From contig JBIOTN010000223.1 of the NCBI GenBank assembly GCA_044866005.1, forward strand, positions 2,354 through 66,353: a stretch of 64,000 nt of DNA. Reading direction: 5' to 3'. Source of the stretch: Candidatus Rokuibacteriota bacterium. GTDB taxonomy: Bacteria > Methylomirabilota > Methylomirabilia > Rokubacteriales > DASRDR01. The notes under the pieces are model-generated. The model saw nothing but the letters and a program-made list of their open reading frames with translations, did not search any database and was not told where the DNA came from. The position numbers were made by a program, and so were the translations under genes. Positions 53,578 through 62,509 of this stretch are shown here, piece by piece (position 1 is the stretch's first letter; each line of letters opens with the position of its first letter).

Positions 53578-54567
53578 ATGCTATACTGGCCGCGGATGAT
53601 GCCGCGCGCGCCTGTCCTCGTCCTGTTGCTGCTGAGCCTCCTCGTCCTGCCGGCGGCGGCGGCCGGCGCGGTCGAGCTCTTCGTCACCAACACCCACTCG
53701 GGCACCATCGCCATCATCGACACCGCCCGCGACGAGGTCGTCGGGACGATCCCGCTCGGAGGCGGCGTGCCGAACCGGACCGTCGCCACGCCGGACGGCC
53801 GGCAGGTGTGGGTGATCCACGACAAGACGCGCAAGATCAGCATCGTGGACACGGCGACGCGGAAGGTCCAGCGCCAGGTCAAGATCGGGCAGTGGCCGTA
53901 CAACCTCGCGTTCTCGCCCGACGGCCGCTACTGCTGGGTCCTCGACTGGGGCGACACGAGCCAGCTCATCGTCTACGACATCGCCAAGGGCGCCATCGAG
54001 AGTGCGATCGAGGTGAGCACGTGGCCGGCGCACGGGATCTTCTCGCGTGACGGCCGGATCTTCTGGGTGACGAGCGAGACGGCCGGGAACGTCGCCGTCG
54101 TGGACGCCGTGCACCGGAAGATCATCGAGACCCTGCCCTCGGGTGGGGACGCCATGGGCCTGGCGCTGACGGCCGATGGCCAGTACGTCTTCGTGGGGAA
54201 CGGCGAGGAGAAGACGGTCTCCAAGGTGGACGCCCGCACCTACCGGATCGTGGCGACGGTCAAGCTCAAGGGCCCCGTGCACGACGTGGTGCTGACCCCG
54301 GACGGCCGGTTCCTCTACGCGACGCTCCGCACGGTGAACACGATCGCGGTCATCCGGACCCAGGACCTCGAGGTCACGACCCAGATCCCGCAGCCGGGCT
54401 ATCCGGACCTCGTCCTCATGGCGCCGGACGGCACCAAGGCGTACGCGACCAACCGGCGCGCCGACGTGGTCTCGGTCATCAGCCTGGCCGATCACCGGGA
54501 GGTCAAGCGCATCGCGACCGGCAAGGGGCCGCACGGGATGGCCCTGGTCCCGCCGCCCCATCCGTGA
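53578..54567 (+). CDS. YVTN-family beta-propeller repeat protein, secreted
   Basis: Signal peptide. Repeated ~40-aa units: TPDGRQVWVIHDKTRKISIVD, SPDGRYCWVLDW, SRDGRIFWVTSETAGNVAVVD, TADGQYVFVGN, TPDGRFLYATLRTVNTIAVI, APDGTKAYATNRRADVVSVI. Confidence 0.7.
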   Translation: MLYWPRMMPRAPVLVLLLLSLLVLPAAAAGAVELFVTNTHSGTIAIIDTARDEVVGTIPLGGGVPNRTVATPDGRQVWVIHDKTRKISIVDTATRKVQRQVKIGQWPYNLAFSPDGRYCWVLDWGDTSQLIVYDIAKGAIESAIEVSTWPAHGIFSRDGRIFWVTSETAGNVAVVDAVHRKIIETLPSGGDAMGLALTADGQYVFVGNGEEKTVSKVDARTYRIVATVKLKGPVHDVVLTPDGRFLYATLRTVNTIAVIRTQDLEVTTQIPQPGYPDLVLMAPDGTKAYATNRRADVVSVISLADHREVKRIATGKGPHGMALVPPPHP

Positions 54568-55079
54568 CGCTGGCGGGCGTGTCCCGCGTCGTCCACGTGG
54601 GCGCCCTGGCCGCCGTCCTGCTGGGCGCGCCGGCCGGCGCGCAGGACGCGGGAGGGCCGGGCCGGCTGCGGCCGGACGCGGGGCGAGACCACGTCGCCGA
54701 GGGGACCCGCGTCACCTACACCGAGTACCCGCCGACCTCGGGCCCCCACTGGCCGCGCTGGGCGGCGTGGGGCGTCCATCCCGAACCCGTGCCCGAGGAG
54801 GCGTTCGTCCACAATCTCGAGCACGGCGGCGTGGTCCTCCTCTATCGCTGCCCGCCACCCTGTCCGGAGGTCGTCCGCCAGGTCGAGGAGATTTTCGGCA
54901 CGCTGCCGCGGAGCAAGTACGGCCACGTGAAGGTGGTCGTCACGCCGAACGCCCGGATCAAGAGCCGGTTCGCGCTCCTGGCGTGGACCCGGCTCGACGA
55001 GTTCGAGCGCTTCGACGCGCAGCGCATCGCCCGCTTCGTCCAGGCCTGGCAGGACAAGGGCCCCGAAGACGTCCCCTGA
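54564..55079 (+). CDS. DUF3105-domain protein
   Basis: GTG overlaps the upstream stop (GTGA). YTEYPPTSGPHWPRWAAWGVH...VHNLEHGGVVLLY...VVTPN matches the DUF3105 consensus. Confidence 0.6.
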   Translation: MTLAGVSRVVHVGALAAVLLGAPAGAQDAGGPGRLRPDAGRDHVAEGTRVTYTEYPPTSGPHWPRWAAWGVHPEPVPEEAFVHNLEHGGVVLLYRCPPPCPEVVRQVEEIFGTLPRSKYGHVKVVVTPNARIKSRFALLAWTRLDEFERFDAQRIARFVQAWQDKGPEDVP

Positions 55080-55387
55080 GAGTTTCGGAGAGGGCCCTCG
55101 ACGGCCCCCTCCGATTCCTCCCCCAGGACTGTTGCGCGGGAGAGGCCCGCGCTGGGAGCGCTTCGTTGAAGGGAGCCCGAGGGTATCTGGCGGTCAGCGT
55201 CCTTGCCGCGGTGCCGACCGCGGGTGACGGAGCCCCCCGGAGCGGGACAAGCCGGCGGCAGGACCCGCGGTCGGGACGGTGGGATGACGGGGCGTCCGGA
55301 CCCGCGCGGGTCCCTGCTCGCCCGGCGGCAGGACCCGCGGCCGCCAGCGTGGGCTGCGGCGCAGGACCCGGCCACCAGCGCGTTCGG

Positions 55388-55511
55388 CTAGGGGCCTGTC
55401 GGAGTAAGCCGGCGCACCGCAACGCTCGGGACGTTCCACTCCGAGCGGCGGCTCCGCCGCCGCAACGACGGGGGGGCATCGGGGGGGGTCTTCCGAGACC
55501 CCCCCGATGCC
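55388..55511. repeat. family A repeat, ~120-bp near-identical inverted copy of 11827-11948
   Basis: Reverse complement matches 11827-11948 nearly base for base. Track ORFs 55194-55439(-) and 11895(+) share the identical repeat-derived N-terminus MERPERCGAPAYSD. Confidence 0.8.
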
Positions 55512-56483
55512 TTAGGGGACCAGGAGGACTTTGCCGGTGGCGCGGCGCGCGGCCAGGTAGGCGTGCGCCTCCTCGACGGCGGCCATCGGGAAGGTGCGGT
55601 CCACGACCGGCGTGAGGCGCCCGGCCGCGGCGAGCTCGACGATCTCCCGCAAGGCGTTCCCGTGCATGTCGAGCCGCCACGGTCGCCGTCCGAGGTGAAG
55701 GCCGCGGACGGCGAGGTTCCGGGTGAGGATCACGTCCCCGCCGAGGGCCCCCGGCTCGCCCGACGCGCGGCCGTAGACTACGAGCCGTCCGCCCGGAACG
55801 AGCGCCTTCGCGCTCTGCGCGAGCACCTCGCCCCCCACGCACTCGAGCACGACGTCGACCCCGCGGTTGTCCGTCCTCGCGAGGACTGCGGTCACGAAGC
55901 TGTCTCGCGCGTAGTTGATCGTCTCGTCGGCGCCGAGCGCCCGCACGGCGGCGAGCTTCTCGTCGGTCGAGGCGGTCGCGAAGACGCGGGCGCCCCGCTG
56001 CTTGGCGAGCTGTACCGCGAGCGTGCCGACACCGCTCGCGGCCGCGTGGATCAGCACCGACTCGCCCGGCCGCACGCCGGCTGCCGTCTCGAGTAGGTGG
56101 TAGGCGGTGACGCCCGCCAGCGGGAGCGCGCCCGCGGCTTCCAGCGAGAGGCCGGCCGGGAGTCGCTGGACGAGCGCCGCGGGCGCCAGCACGTACTCGG
56201 CCTGACACCGCTGACCGAGCATCGTCAGCACGCGATCCCCTGCTCGCAGGCCGGTCACGTCGGTCCCGACGCGCGCGACGGTCCCGGCGACCTCGACACC
56301 CTCGGCGTGGGGGAGCGGCAGCTCCGGATTGTAGACGCCGGCGCGGCGCATGAGGTCCGAGAAGTTGACGCCGGCCGCCGCGGCGCGGATGAGGACGTCA
56401 GTCGGGCCCACGGCGGGCTCGGGGACGTCCTCGTAGCGCAGGACCTCGGGGCCGCCGAACCCGTGAAACCGGACCGCCTTCAT
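55512..56483 (-). CDS. NADPH:quinone oxidoreductase / zinc-binding MDR-family dehydrogenase
   Basis: MKAVRFHGFGGPEVLRYEDVPEPAVGPTDVLIRAAAAGVNFSDL. Rossmann AASGVGTLAVQLAKQRGARVFATAST. Confidence 0.85.
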   Translation of the reverse strand: MKAVRFHGFGGPEVLRYEDVPEPAVGPTDVLIRAAAAGVNFSDLMRRAGVYNPELPLPHAEGVEVAGTVARVGTDVTGLRAGDRVLTMLGQRCQAEYVLAPAALVQRLPAGLSLEAAGALPLAGVTAYHLLETAAGVRPGESVLIHAAASGVGTLAVQLAKQRGARVFATASTDEKLAAVRALGADETINYARDSFVTAVLARTDNRGVDVVLECVGGEVLAQSAKALVPGGRLVVYGRASGEPGALGGDVILTRNLAVRGLHLGRRPWRLDMHGNALREIVELAAAGRLTPVVDRTFPMAAVEEAHAYLAARRATGKVLLVP

Positions 56484-56565
56484 CGGGCCCTCCCCCCGGA
56501 TCGTTGCGCGGGCAAAGCCCGCGCGCGGACGGCTCCGCGGCGCAGGGCCAAAGGCGTCTTCACCG

Positions 56566-56826
56566 TCACCCCGGCGTGGGCGGGGCGTCGCGCTCCCGGG
56601 TGAACCAGGCGTCGAGCGCCTCGTCGTGGTAGAGGGTCAGCTCTTCGGCGGACGCGAGGCGGACGCGGAACCATCGCCGGACGCCGCGCGCCGGATCGCT
56701 GCCGGCTTCGAGCCAGGCCCAGAGCACGTCGGTCACGGCGACCGTCTCCGCCCCGCGCCAGACCCCGCGCGGGGCCTCTTGCCCCCGCCCGCCCGCGTAC
56801 GCCAGCACGCGGATCAGCCGGTCCAC
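56566..56826 (-). CDS. hypothetical small protein
   Basis: 86-aa ORF with GTG start and GGAGGA 12 nt upstream. No family recognised. Confidence 0.3.
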   Translation of the reverse strand: MDRLIRVLAYAGGRGQEAPRGVWRGAETVAVTDVLWAWLEAGSDPARGVRRWFRVRLASAEELTLYHDEALDAWFTRERDAPPTPG

Positions 56827-56877
56827 GTCAGTTGCGTCCTCCGTCGGGAGAATCGTGCGACACCAGTGCGTAGGCTA

Positions 56878-56950
56878 CCTGAGCCGTCCGAGCGGCGGCT
56901 TTGCCGCCGCAACCGAGGGGGAGGATTCGGAGGGGGCCGTCGAGGCCCCC
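56878..56950. repeat. degenerate family A repeat (CCGAGCGGCGGCTTTGCCGCCGCAACCGAGGGGGAGGATTCGGAGGGGGCCGTCGAGGCCCCCTTCGATGGG); inverted relative of 55085-55125
   Basis: Shares the GCGGCGGCTTTGCCGCCGC hairpin with 45781-45800. Its second half is the reverse complement of 55085-55125. Confidence 0.6.
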
Positions 56951-56960
56951 TTCGATGGGA

Positions 56961-57266
56961 CTACAGCTCGACGAGGATGGCGCCCCCCTCCACCTTCACC
57001 GGATAGCAGCTCATCTTGATCGTCGGGTTCAGAACGTTCTCACCGGTGGTGACGTCGTAGCGCCAGCCGTGCCAGGGGCAGGTGACGATCCGCCCCTCGA
57101 GGTCGCCCTCGCCGAGCGGCCCGCCCCGGTGGTGGCAGGCGTTGTCGATCGCGTAGATCGTCCCGCCGACGTTGAACAGGGCGAGCGTCTTCCCGTCGGC
57201 CTCCACCACCGCGGCGCTGTCGGCCGGCACGGCCGTGGCGTCCGCGACCTTCGTCCACTTCGCCAT
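56961..57266 (-). CDS. Rieske [2Fe-2S] domain protein (small ferredoxin-type)
   Basis: Start at ATG 57264-57266 with GGAGGGGAG upstream. Cluster ligands CHHRGGPL ... CPWHGW. 101 aa. Confidence 0.75.
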   Translation of the reverse strand: MAKWTKVADATAVPADSAAVVEADGKTLALFNVGGTIYAIDNACHHRGGPLGEGDLEGRIVTCPWHGWRYDVTTGENVLNPTIKMSCYPVKVEGGAILVEL

Positions 57267-57295
57267 CAGGATTCTCCCCTCCGGTACACCGCGGC

Positions 57296-58447
57296 CTAGC
57301 CGCTCAGGAGCTGGCGCGCGATGATCAGGCGCTGGATCTCCGACGTCCCCTCGTAGATGCGCGCCGCGCGGGCCTCGCGGTAAAGGCGCTCGATCGGCGA
57401 GCCCCGGAGCACCCCTTCGCCCCCGTGGATCTGGACGGCCTGGTCCACCACGCGCTGCGCCATCTCGGTGGCGTAGAGCTTCGCCATGGACGACTCGAGC
57501 GTGACCCGCGGGGCGCCGGCGTCCTTGAGCCGGGCCGCCGCGTAGACGAGCAGGCGCGCGGCGCGGAGCTCCGTGGCCATGTCGGCGAGCTTCGCCTGGA
57601 CGAGCTGGAACTCGGCGAGCGGGTGGCCGAACTGAGTGCGGCGCCTGGCGTGGGCCAGCGCGAGGTCGAAGGCCGCCTGAGCCAGGCCGACCGCCTGCGC
57701 GCCGACGGAGGCGCGGAACACGTCGAGCGTCGCCATCGCGATGCGCCAGCCCTCCTGCGCGCCCCCCAGGAGACTCTCGGCCGGCAGCGGGCAGCGATCG
57801 AACGTGAGCTCGCCGATGACGTGCGGGGCCATGGTGCGCATCGGCCGGCCTGCGAGGCCCGGTGTCCCCTTCGGGACGAGGAAGGCCGAGATCCCCTTCG
57901 AGCCGGAGTCGGCCGCGGTCCGGGCGAAGACCACGTAGAGGTCGGCCGCGGGCGCGTTCGAGATGAAGCGCTTGCTCCCCGTGAGGATCCAGCCGTCGGG
58001 GCCGCGCTCCGCGCGTGTCGCCAGGGCCGCCGCGTCGGAGCCGGCGCCCGCTTCCGTGAGGGCGAAGGCGGGGACCTGCTCCCCGCGCGCGAGCGGCGGA
58101 AGGTACCGCGCCTTCTGCGCCTCGGCGCCGGCCAGGAGGATCGGGTAGCTGCCGAGCCCCTGGATGGCGAAGAGCTCCTCGGCGGGCGGACAGGTCCGCG
58201 CGAGCTCCTCGCGGACCAGGCAGAGCGTCATCGCGCGGAACGGCCCGTCCAGGGCGCCGCCGTGGCCCGAGGGGATCAGGAGCGGGAACACGCCCTCCTT
58301 GCCCATCGCGCGCGCCAGCTCCCAGTTCATGTCGTCGCGTTCCCCCCACGCCTCGGCGAGGGGCCGAAAGACCTCGGTGCCGGCGCGAGCGACGAAGGCC
58401 TGGAGCGCGCGCTCCTCGGCGGTGAGCGTCGGGTCCGTCCCGGTCAT
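57296..58447 (-). CDS. acyl-CoA dehydrogenase
   Basis: MTGTDPTLTAEERALQAFV..., middle domain ALTEAGAGSDAAAL, C-terminal QIHGGEGVLRGSPIERLYREARAARIYEGTSEIQRLIIARQLL. Confidence 0.85.
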   Translation of the reverse strand: MTGTDPTLTAEERALQAFVARAGTEVFRPLAEAWGERDDMNWELARAMGKEGVFPLLIPSGHGGALDGPFRAMTLCLVREELARTCPPAEELFAIQGLGSYPILLAGAEAQKARYLPPLARGEQVPAFALTEAGAGSDAAALATRAERGPDGWILTGSKRFISNAPAADLYVVFARTAADSGSKGISAFLVPKGTPGLAGRPMRTMAPHVIGELTFDRCPLPAESLLGGAQEGWRIAMATLDVFRASVGAQAVGLAQAAFDLALAHARRRTQFGHPLAEFQLVQAKLADMATELRAARLLVYAAARLKDAGAPRVTLESSMAKLYATEMAQRVVDQAVQIHGGEGVLRGSPIERLYREARAARIYEGTSEIQRLIIARQLLSG

Positions 58448-60078
58448 CCGGGCGCGGGCGGGGCGACGTAGCGGACGAACGTGAGCGCGCCGCGCTCGAC
58501 GGTGAAGAGCGCGAACGGTCGCGCGAGCGTGCCGTCGTCGCGCAACACGAGCCGGCCGCCGTAGAGGGAGGGGAAGCCGCGCTGCGCGAGCAGGGCCTCG
58601 CGAAGCTGCCGGCCGCCCGGCAGCTCGTGCCCCTGGCTTCGGGCCGCCCGGAGCCCCTCGGCCACGACGACGACGGCGTCGTAGGCGTTGGCGGCGTAGC
58701 GGGAGGGCGCGCTGCCGAACCTGGCCGTGTACGCGGCGGCGAAGCGCGCGGCGCGCGAGTCCGGCTCGGGGACGAAGGCGTCCGTGAGGATCGCCGCGTC
58801 GTCGAGCGCGCCGCCGGCCGCGAGGAGCGCGCCGCGGTCGTCGTCGAGCGCGAGAAGCGGCCCCCGGTAGCCGGCGCGGCGGACGGCCGCCGCCATCTCG
58901 CCGAGCTCGGCGCCGCGGAAGCCGAGCAGGACGCCGTCGGGCGCGAGCCGGACGAGCTGCCGCAGCCGCGCGGCGAGGTCGGGCGCGTCCGGGCCGAAGC
59001 TCTCCGCCAGGACCAGGCTCGCCCCGCCGTCCCGCCAGCGTGCCGAGAGCTCCGCACGCACCGCCTTGCCGGGATCGTCGCCGGCCGCGATGACGGCCAG
59101 ACGGCGGATCCCGCGCTCGCGGGCGTGCGCGAGGAGCGCGCCCGTCCGGCCGGCGAGCGAGGGGCGGGCCTGCAGGAGCGTGCGGCTCTGGACCGGGAGC
59201 CGTCCGGTCGGCATGCCCTGGTGGATCAGCAGGACGTCGTGGGTCGCCGCGAGGGCGTGGACCGCGACCGTCGGCGTCGCCGAGGCCGTGAACACGACCG
59301 GCACGCGCGCCGCGGCAAGACGGGCGAGCTCGCTCGTGGCCTGCTTGACGTCGAGCGCGTGCACGTCGGCGGCATCGAGGACGAGGTGGGCGTCGACGAT
59401 GGGGAGTTCCGCCTCGCGCGGCGGCTCCGGGGCCTTGGGCGGCTGACCGTCCGGGGTCCGCCCCGCCTCGCCCGGCAGGGCCTTGCCGCCCTCACCCGCG
59501 GTCTTCGGCGCGTCCGAGGCGGCGGCCTTCGGCGTGGCGGGCGGGGCCGCCTTTGGCGCGTCGGCCGCGGGTGTCCTGGCGGCGGGCGCCTTGGCCGCTT
59601 CGCTTCCGGCCGGCTTGGAGGTCTCGGCCCCTGCCTTCGGCCCCGCGCTCGCAGGGGCGCTCGGTGCGTCCGCCGCGGGTGTCTCCTGCGCGCCGCCCGC
59701 GGCCGGCGTGGGCGCGTCGCCGGCAGGGGAGCCCGGCGGGCGGTTCAGGTCGGCGATGGCCAGCTCCATCGCCTGGCGCATCTCCTTGCCGAACCACGCC
59801 GCGGCGCCCGTGAGCGGCAGGAGCGCTCCGATGCGGACCGTCGGCACGCCGGGCGGCGGCACGCCCGGCTCCGGCGTCTTCGGCGCGGTCGGCGTGCTCG
59901 GCGTGCTCGGCGTGCTCGGCGTGGTGGATGGGGCGTCGGGCGATCCGAAGATGCCACGGCCCGAGTCGGGCGTTCTCGGCTGACGAGGGAGTCGCTGGGC
60001 GACTCCATCCCCGGCGAGGAGAAGCACGGCAAGGCCCGCGAGGGCGAGACGCGCGGGAATCCCCATGCCGGAAGGCAT
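58444..60078 (-). CDS. type I periplasmic binding protein (Liv-like ABC substrate-binding protein) carrying a ~150-aa Pro/Ala/Thr/Lys-rich low-complexity insertion
   Basis: Signal peptide MPSGMGIPARLALAGLAVLLLAG. PBP fold start VRIGALLPLTGAAAWFGKEMRQAMELAIADLN. Then the run GSPAGDAPTPAAGG...APKAAPPATPKAAASDAPKTAGEGGKALPGEAGRTPDGQPPKAPEPP. The fold resumes at IVDAHLVLDAADVHALD... through YGGRLVLRDDGTL. Confidence 0.65.
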   Translation of the reverse strand: MPSGMGIPARLALAGLAVLLLAGDGVAQRLPRQPRTPDSGRGIFGSPDAPSTTPSTPSTPSTPTAPKTPEPGVPPPGVPTVRIGALLPLTGAAAWFGKEMRQAMELAIADLNRPPGSPAGDAPTPAAGGAQETPAADAPSAPASAGPKAGAETSKPAGSEAAKAPAARTPAADAPKAAPPATPKAAASDAPKTAGEGGKALPGEAGRTPDGQPPKAPEPPREAELPIVDAHLVLDAADVHALDVKQATSELARLAAARVPVVFTASATPTVAVHALAATHDVLLIHQGMPTGRLPVQSRTLLQARPSLAGRTGALLAHARERGIRRLAVIAAGDDPGKAVRAELSARWRDGGASLVLAESFGPDAPDLAARLRQLVRLAPDGVLLGFRGAELGEMAAAVRRAGYRGPLLALDDDRGALLAAGGALDDAAILTDAFVPEPDSRAARFAAAYTARFGSAPSRYAANAYDAVVVVAEGLRAARSQGHELPGGRQLREALLAQRGFPSLYGGRLVLRDDGTLARPFALFTVERGALTFVRYVAPPAPG

Positions 60079-60268
60079 TGTACCCCAGCGGCGCGCGTCA
60101 GTCCCAAGTGAGAGAGCTGGAGACACCGGCCAGGGCGCAGAGGGCGGTCACGATCCCCGTCGCTGTCGCGACCTGCGACAGCAGGTCAACGGGGTGGATG
60201 TCGTTTGCGAAAAATCGCGGTATCTATCGGAATTCTCGACTGCGAGCGGCGTTCCGATCCGGATTAGT

Positions 60269-60298
60269 TTGGGGGCATCATGACCCTTCGCTTATAAA
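60269..60298 (+). promoter_or_regulatory. candidate sigma-70-like promoter TTGGGG-N18-TATAAA upstream of the Ser/Thr kinase gene
   Basis: Lower-GC stretch at 60180-60300. -35/-10-like hexamers read directly; ATG at 60334. Confidence 0.3.
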
Positions 60299-60333
60299 GG
60301 AGCGAGGCGCGGAAGAGGACGGCGAGACAGCCC

Positions 60334-61767
60334 ATGAGCCCGATGCTCGACACACGCCCGAAGCGGATCGACCGCTACGAGGTGCTCGCCCAGCTGGGGC
60401 AAGGAGCCATGGGCGTGGTGTACCGGGCCCGGGATCCTCAACTCGAACGCGTCGTCGCGATCAAGACCCTGCGTCGCGATCTCGGGCTCCCGCCCGAGCA
60501 ATTCACCGAGCTGAAGACGCGCTTCTATCAGGAAGCCACGGCTGCCGGTCGCCTGAATCATCCCAATCTCGTGGCGATCTACGACGTGGTGGAGGTCGAG
60601 GGCGTCCCGCACATCGTGATGGAGTACCTGGAGGGGCGGACGCTGGCCGAGATCATCACGCGCGAAGGCCCGCTCCCGCCGCGCCGAGCCGTCGACCTCA
60701 TCACACAGATCTGCAGCGCCCTGGAGTACGCCCACGCGCACGGCGTGGTCCACCGTGACATCAAGCCGGGCAACATCCTGGTGAATGCGAGCGGCGGGGC
60801 AAAGCTCAGCGACTTCGGCATCGCGCGAATCTCCGGCAGTCACCTCACCCAGACGGGCGTGCTGGTGGGGACGCCCGCGTACATGTCGCCCGAGCAGTTG
60901 AACGGGGCCATGGTCGACGGGCGCAGCGACCTGTTTTCCCTCGGCGTGGCGCTCTACGAGGCGCTGACGGGCGTGAACCCGTTCAAGGCCGACGAGCTGG
61001 CCGCGACCCTCTACCGCGTGGTTCACGCCGATCCCGTGCCGCTGCAGGCGAAGAACCCGACGGTTCCGCCGGATCTGGACACGGCCGTGACGCGCGCGCT
61101 GGCCAAGACGCCGGACGAACGGTATCCCGACGCTGGTGCCTTTGCCGCCGCGCTCACCCAGGCCCTCGGCGAGCGGAAGGCATCCTGGGCGCCGACGGCG
61201 CTGGGCGCCGCCGTCAGCCGGCGCCTCCGGGGGCCCCGCGCCGCCGTGATCGGCGCGGGATGCCTGCTCGTCCTCGGCGTCGCCACCTGGGCGGTCTGGG
61301 ATGGCGCCTCCGGTCGGGATCCCGGCGCGCGCTCGCGACCGCCGGCCAGCACGACCGATGCGCGGCCGCGGGCCGACGCGCCCGGGCCGCGGTCGTCGGC
61401 CGCGGGCCAGCCGTCGGACCCGGCACGGTCGGTGCCGCTGGCGACCGCGCCGCAGGCGCGCCCCGAGAAGCGCCCCGAGGCGCCCGGCGACGAGGGGACC
61501 AGCGCCCGGGCCCCGGTCCCGAGCGGCGCCTCGGGCTGTCTCAGCGTGAACGCCCTCCCGTTCGCGGCCGTCTACGTCGATGGTCGGTATGCCGGCGACA
61601 CCCCGCGCGCCTGCCTGCGGATCGCGGTCGGACAGCGGCGGGTGTACTTCGAGGCCGGCGGCGAGCGGAGTCCCGAGCGCGTGGTCCGGGTCACGGACCA
61701 GCACACGCCGGCAGAGCCCTTGCGGCTGAGCTACGACTTCAAGGCCCGCGCCTTTCTCCAGCCATGA
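60334..61767 (+). CDS. Ser/Thr protein kinase with TM segment and C-terminal PEGA-like domain
   Basis: Hanks kinase subdomains: LGQGAMGVVYRA, AIKTL, HRDIKPGNIL, DFGIA, GTPAYMSPE. TM at aa ~300 (AAVIGAGCLLVLGVATWAVW). C-terminal LSVNALPFAAVYVDGRYAGDTP (PEGA). Confidence 0.85.
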   Translation: MSPMLDTRPKRIDRYEVLAQLGQGAMGVVYRARDPQLERVVAIKTLRRDLGLPPEQFTELKTRFYQEATAAGRLNHPNLVAIYDVVEVEGVPHIVMEYLEGRTLAEIITREGPLPPRRAVDLITQICSALEYAHAHGVVHRDIKPGNILVNASGGAKLSDFGIARISGSHLTQTGVLVGTPAYMSPEQLNGAMVDGRSDLFSLGVALYEALTGVNPFKADELAATLYRVVHADPVPLQAKNPTVPPDLDTAVTRALAKTPDERYPDAGAFAAALTQALGERKASWAPTALGAAVSRRLRGPRAAVIGAGCLLVLGVATWAVWDGASGRDPGARSRPPASTTDARPRADAPGPRSSAAGQPSDPARSVPLATAPQARPEKRPEAPGDEGTSARAPVPSGASGCLSVNALPFAAVYVDGRYAGDTPRACLRIAVGQRRVYFEAGGERSPERVVRVTDQHTPAEPLRLSYDFKARAFLQP

Positions 61768-62480
61768 CGCCATCACCCCGCTGGCTCCGGTGCCTGATGG
61801 CCGCGGCGTGCATCCTGGCGACCGCCGGCTGCGCGACCTTCCAGGGCGTCGGCCGGGGTCTCCCCAGGGCGACGAAGCCCGTCAAGTACAAGATGGCGGG
61901 CGCCGACATCGAGCTCCGCAAGCACCTGGACCGGGGGCTGACGCAGATCAAGGAGGAGAACTATCGCGGGGCGCTCGGCTCCTTGAACCGCGCGGTCTGG
62001 GACCTCGAGCGGGTGGAGAGCCGCTGGCTTCGCCTGGAGGACCTCGCGGAGGTTCACCAGGCGCTCGCGGATGCGTATGCCGGGCTCCGCAAGCCGAGCT
62101 GGGCGGAGGAGGCGCGGAAGCTCTCGCTCGCGCTGACCGAGCAGGTCCGGCGGGATCCGGAGGGAGACTGGCCCGAGCGGTCGCTGGCGCGGGCCAAGGA
62201 AGCGTACGCGAAAGCGCAGTTCCGGGCGAGCCTGGGGATCCTGGGCCAGGCCCTGGTCGACCTCGAAGACGTCGCGCAGACGGCGCTGCGGGTGAGGCGA
62301 CTCGAAGAAACGCGATGCTACCTGGCGTTCACCTTCCTGGCGCTCGAGGAGGAGGATCGGTCGAAGGAGGAGCTGGAGCGGCTGTGGACGCTGGATCCCA
62401 CGCTGGCGTTCTGCTCGCGGGAGGCGCCGCCGGCGATTCGCCGGCTCGTCGGCGAGGTACGGCGCGCGGCGCCGCGCTAG
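61764..62480 (+). CDS. lipoprotein with TPR-like helical repeats
   Basis: ATG overlaps the kinase stop (ATGA). Lipobox ILATAGC. Helical repeats with YRGALGSLNRAV / AYAKAQFRASLGILGQAL patterns. Confidence 0.5.
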   Translation: MTPSPRWLRCLMAAACILATAGCATFQGVGRGLPRATKPVKYKMAGADIELRKHLDRGLTQIKEENYRGALGSLNRAVWDLERVESRWLRLEDLAEVHQALADAYAGLRKPSWAEEARKLSLALTEQVRRDPEGDWPERSLARAKEAYAKAQFRASLGILGQALVDLEDVAQTALRVRRLEETRCYLAFTFLALEEEDRSKEELERLWTLDPTLAFCSREAPPAIRRLVGEVRRAAPR

Positions 62481-62509
62481 CGGGAGCGGCAGGAGGGGGG
62501 GTGAACGCG

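Noticed and set aside
55194-55439. ORF MERPERCGAPAYSD... (also the N-terminal part of the 11895-12506 ORF)
   Set aside because: The sequence lies entirely within repeat family A; the identical peptide at two loci is a repeat artifact.
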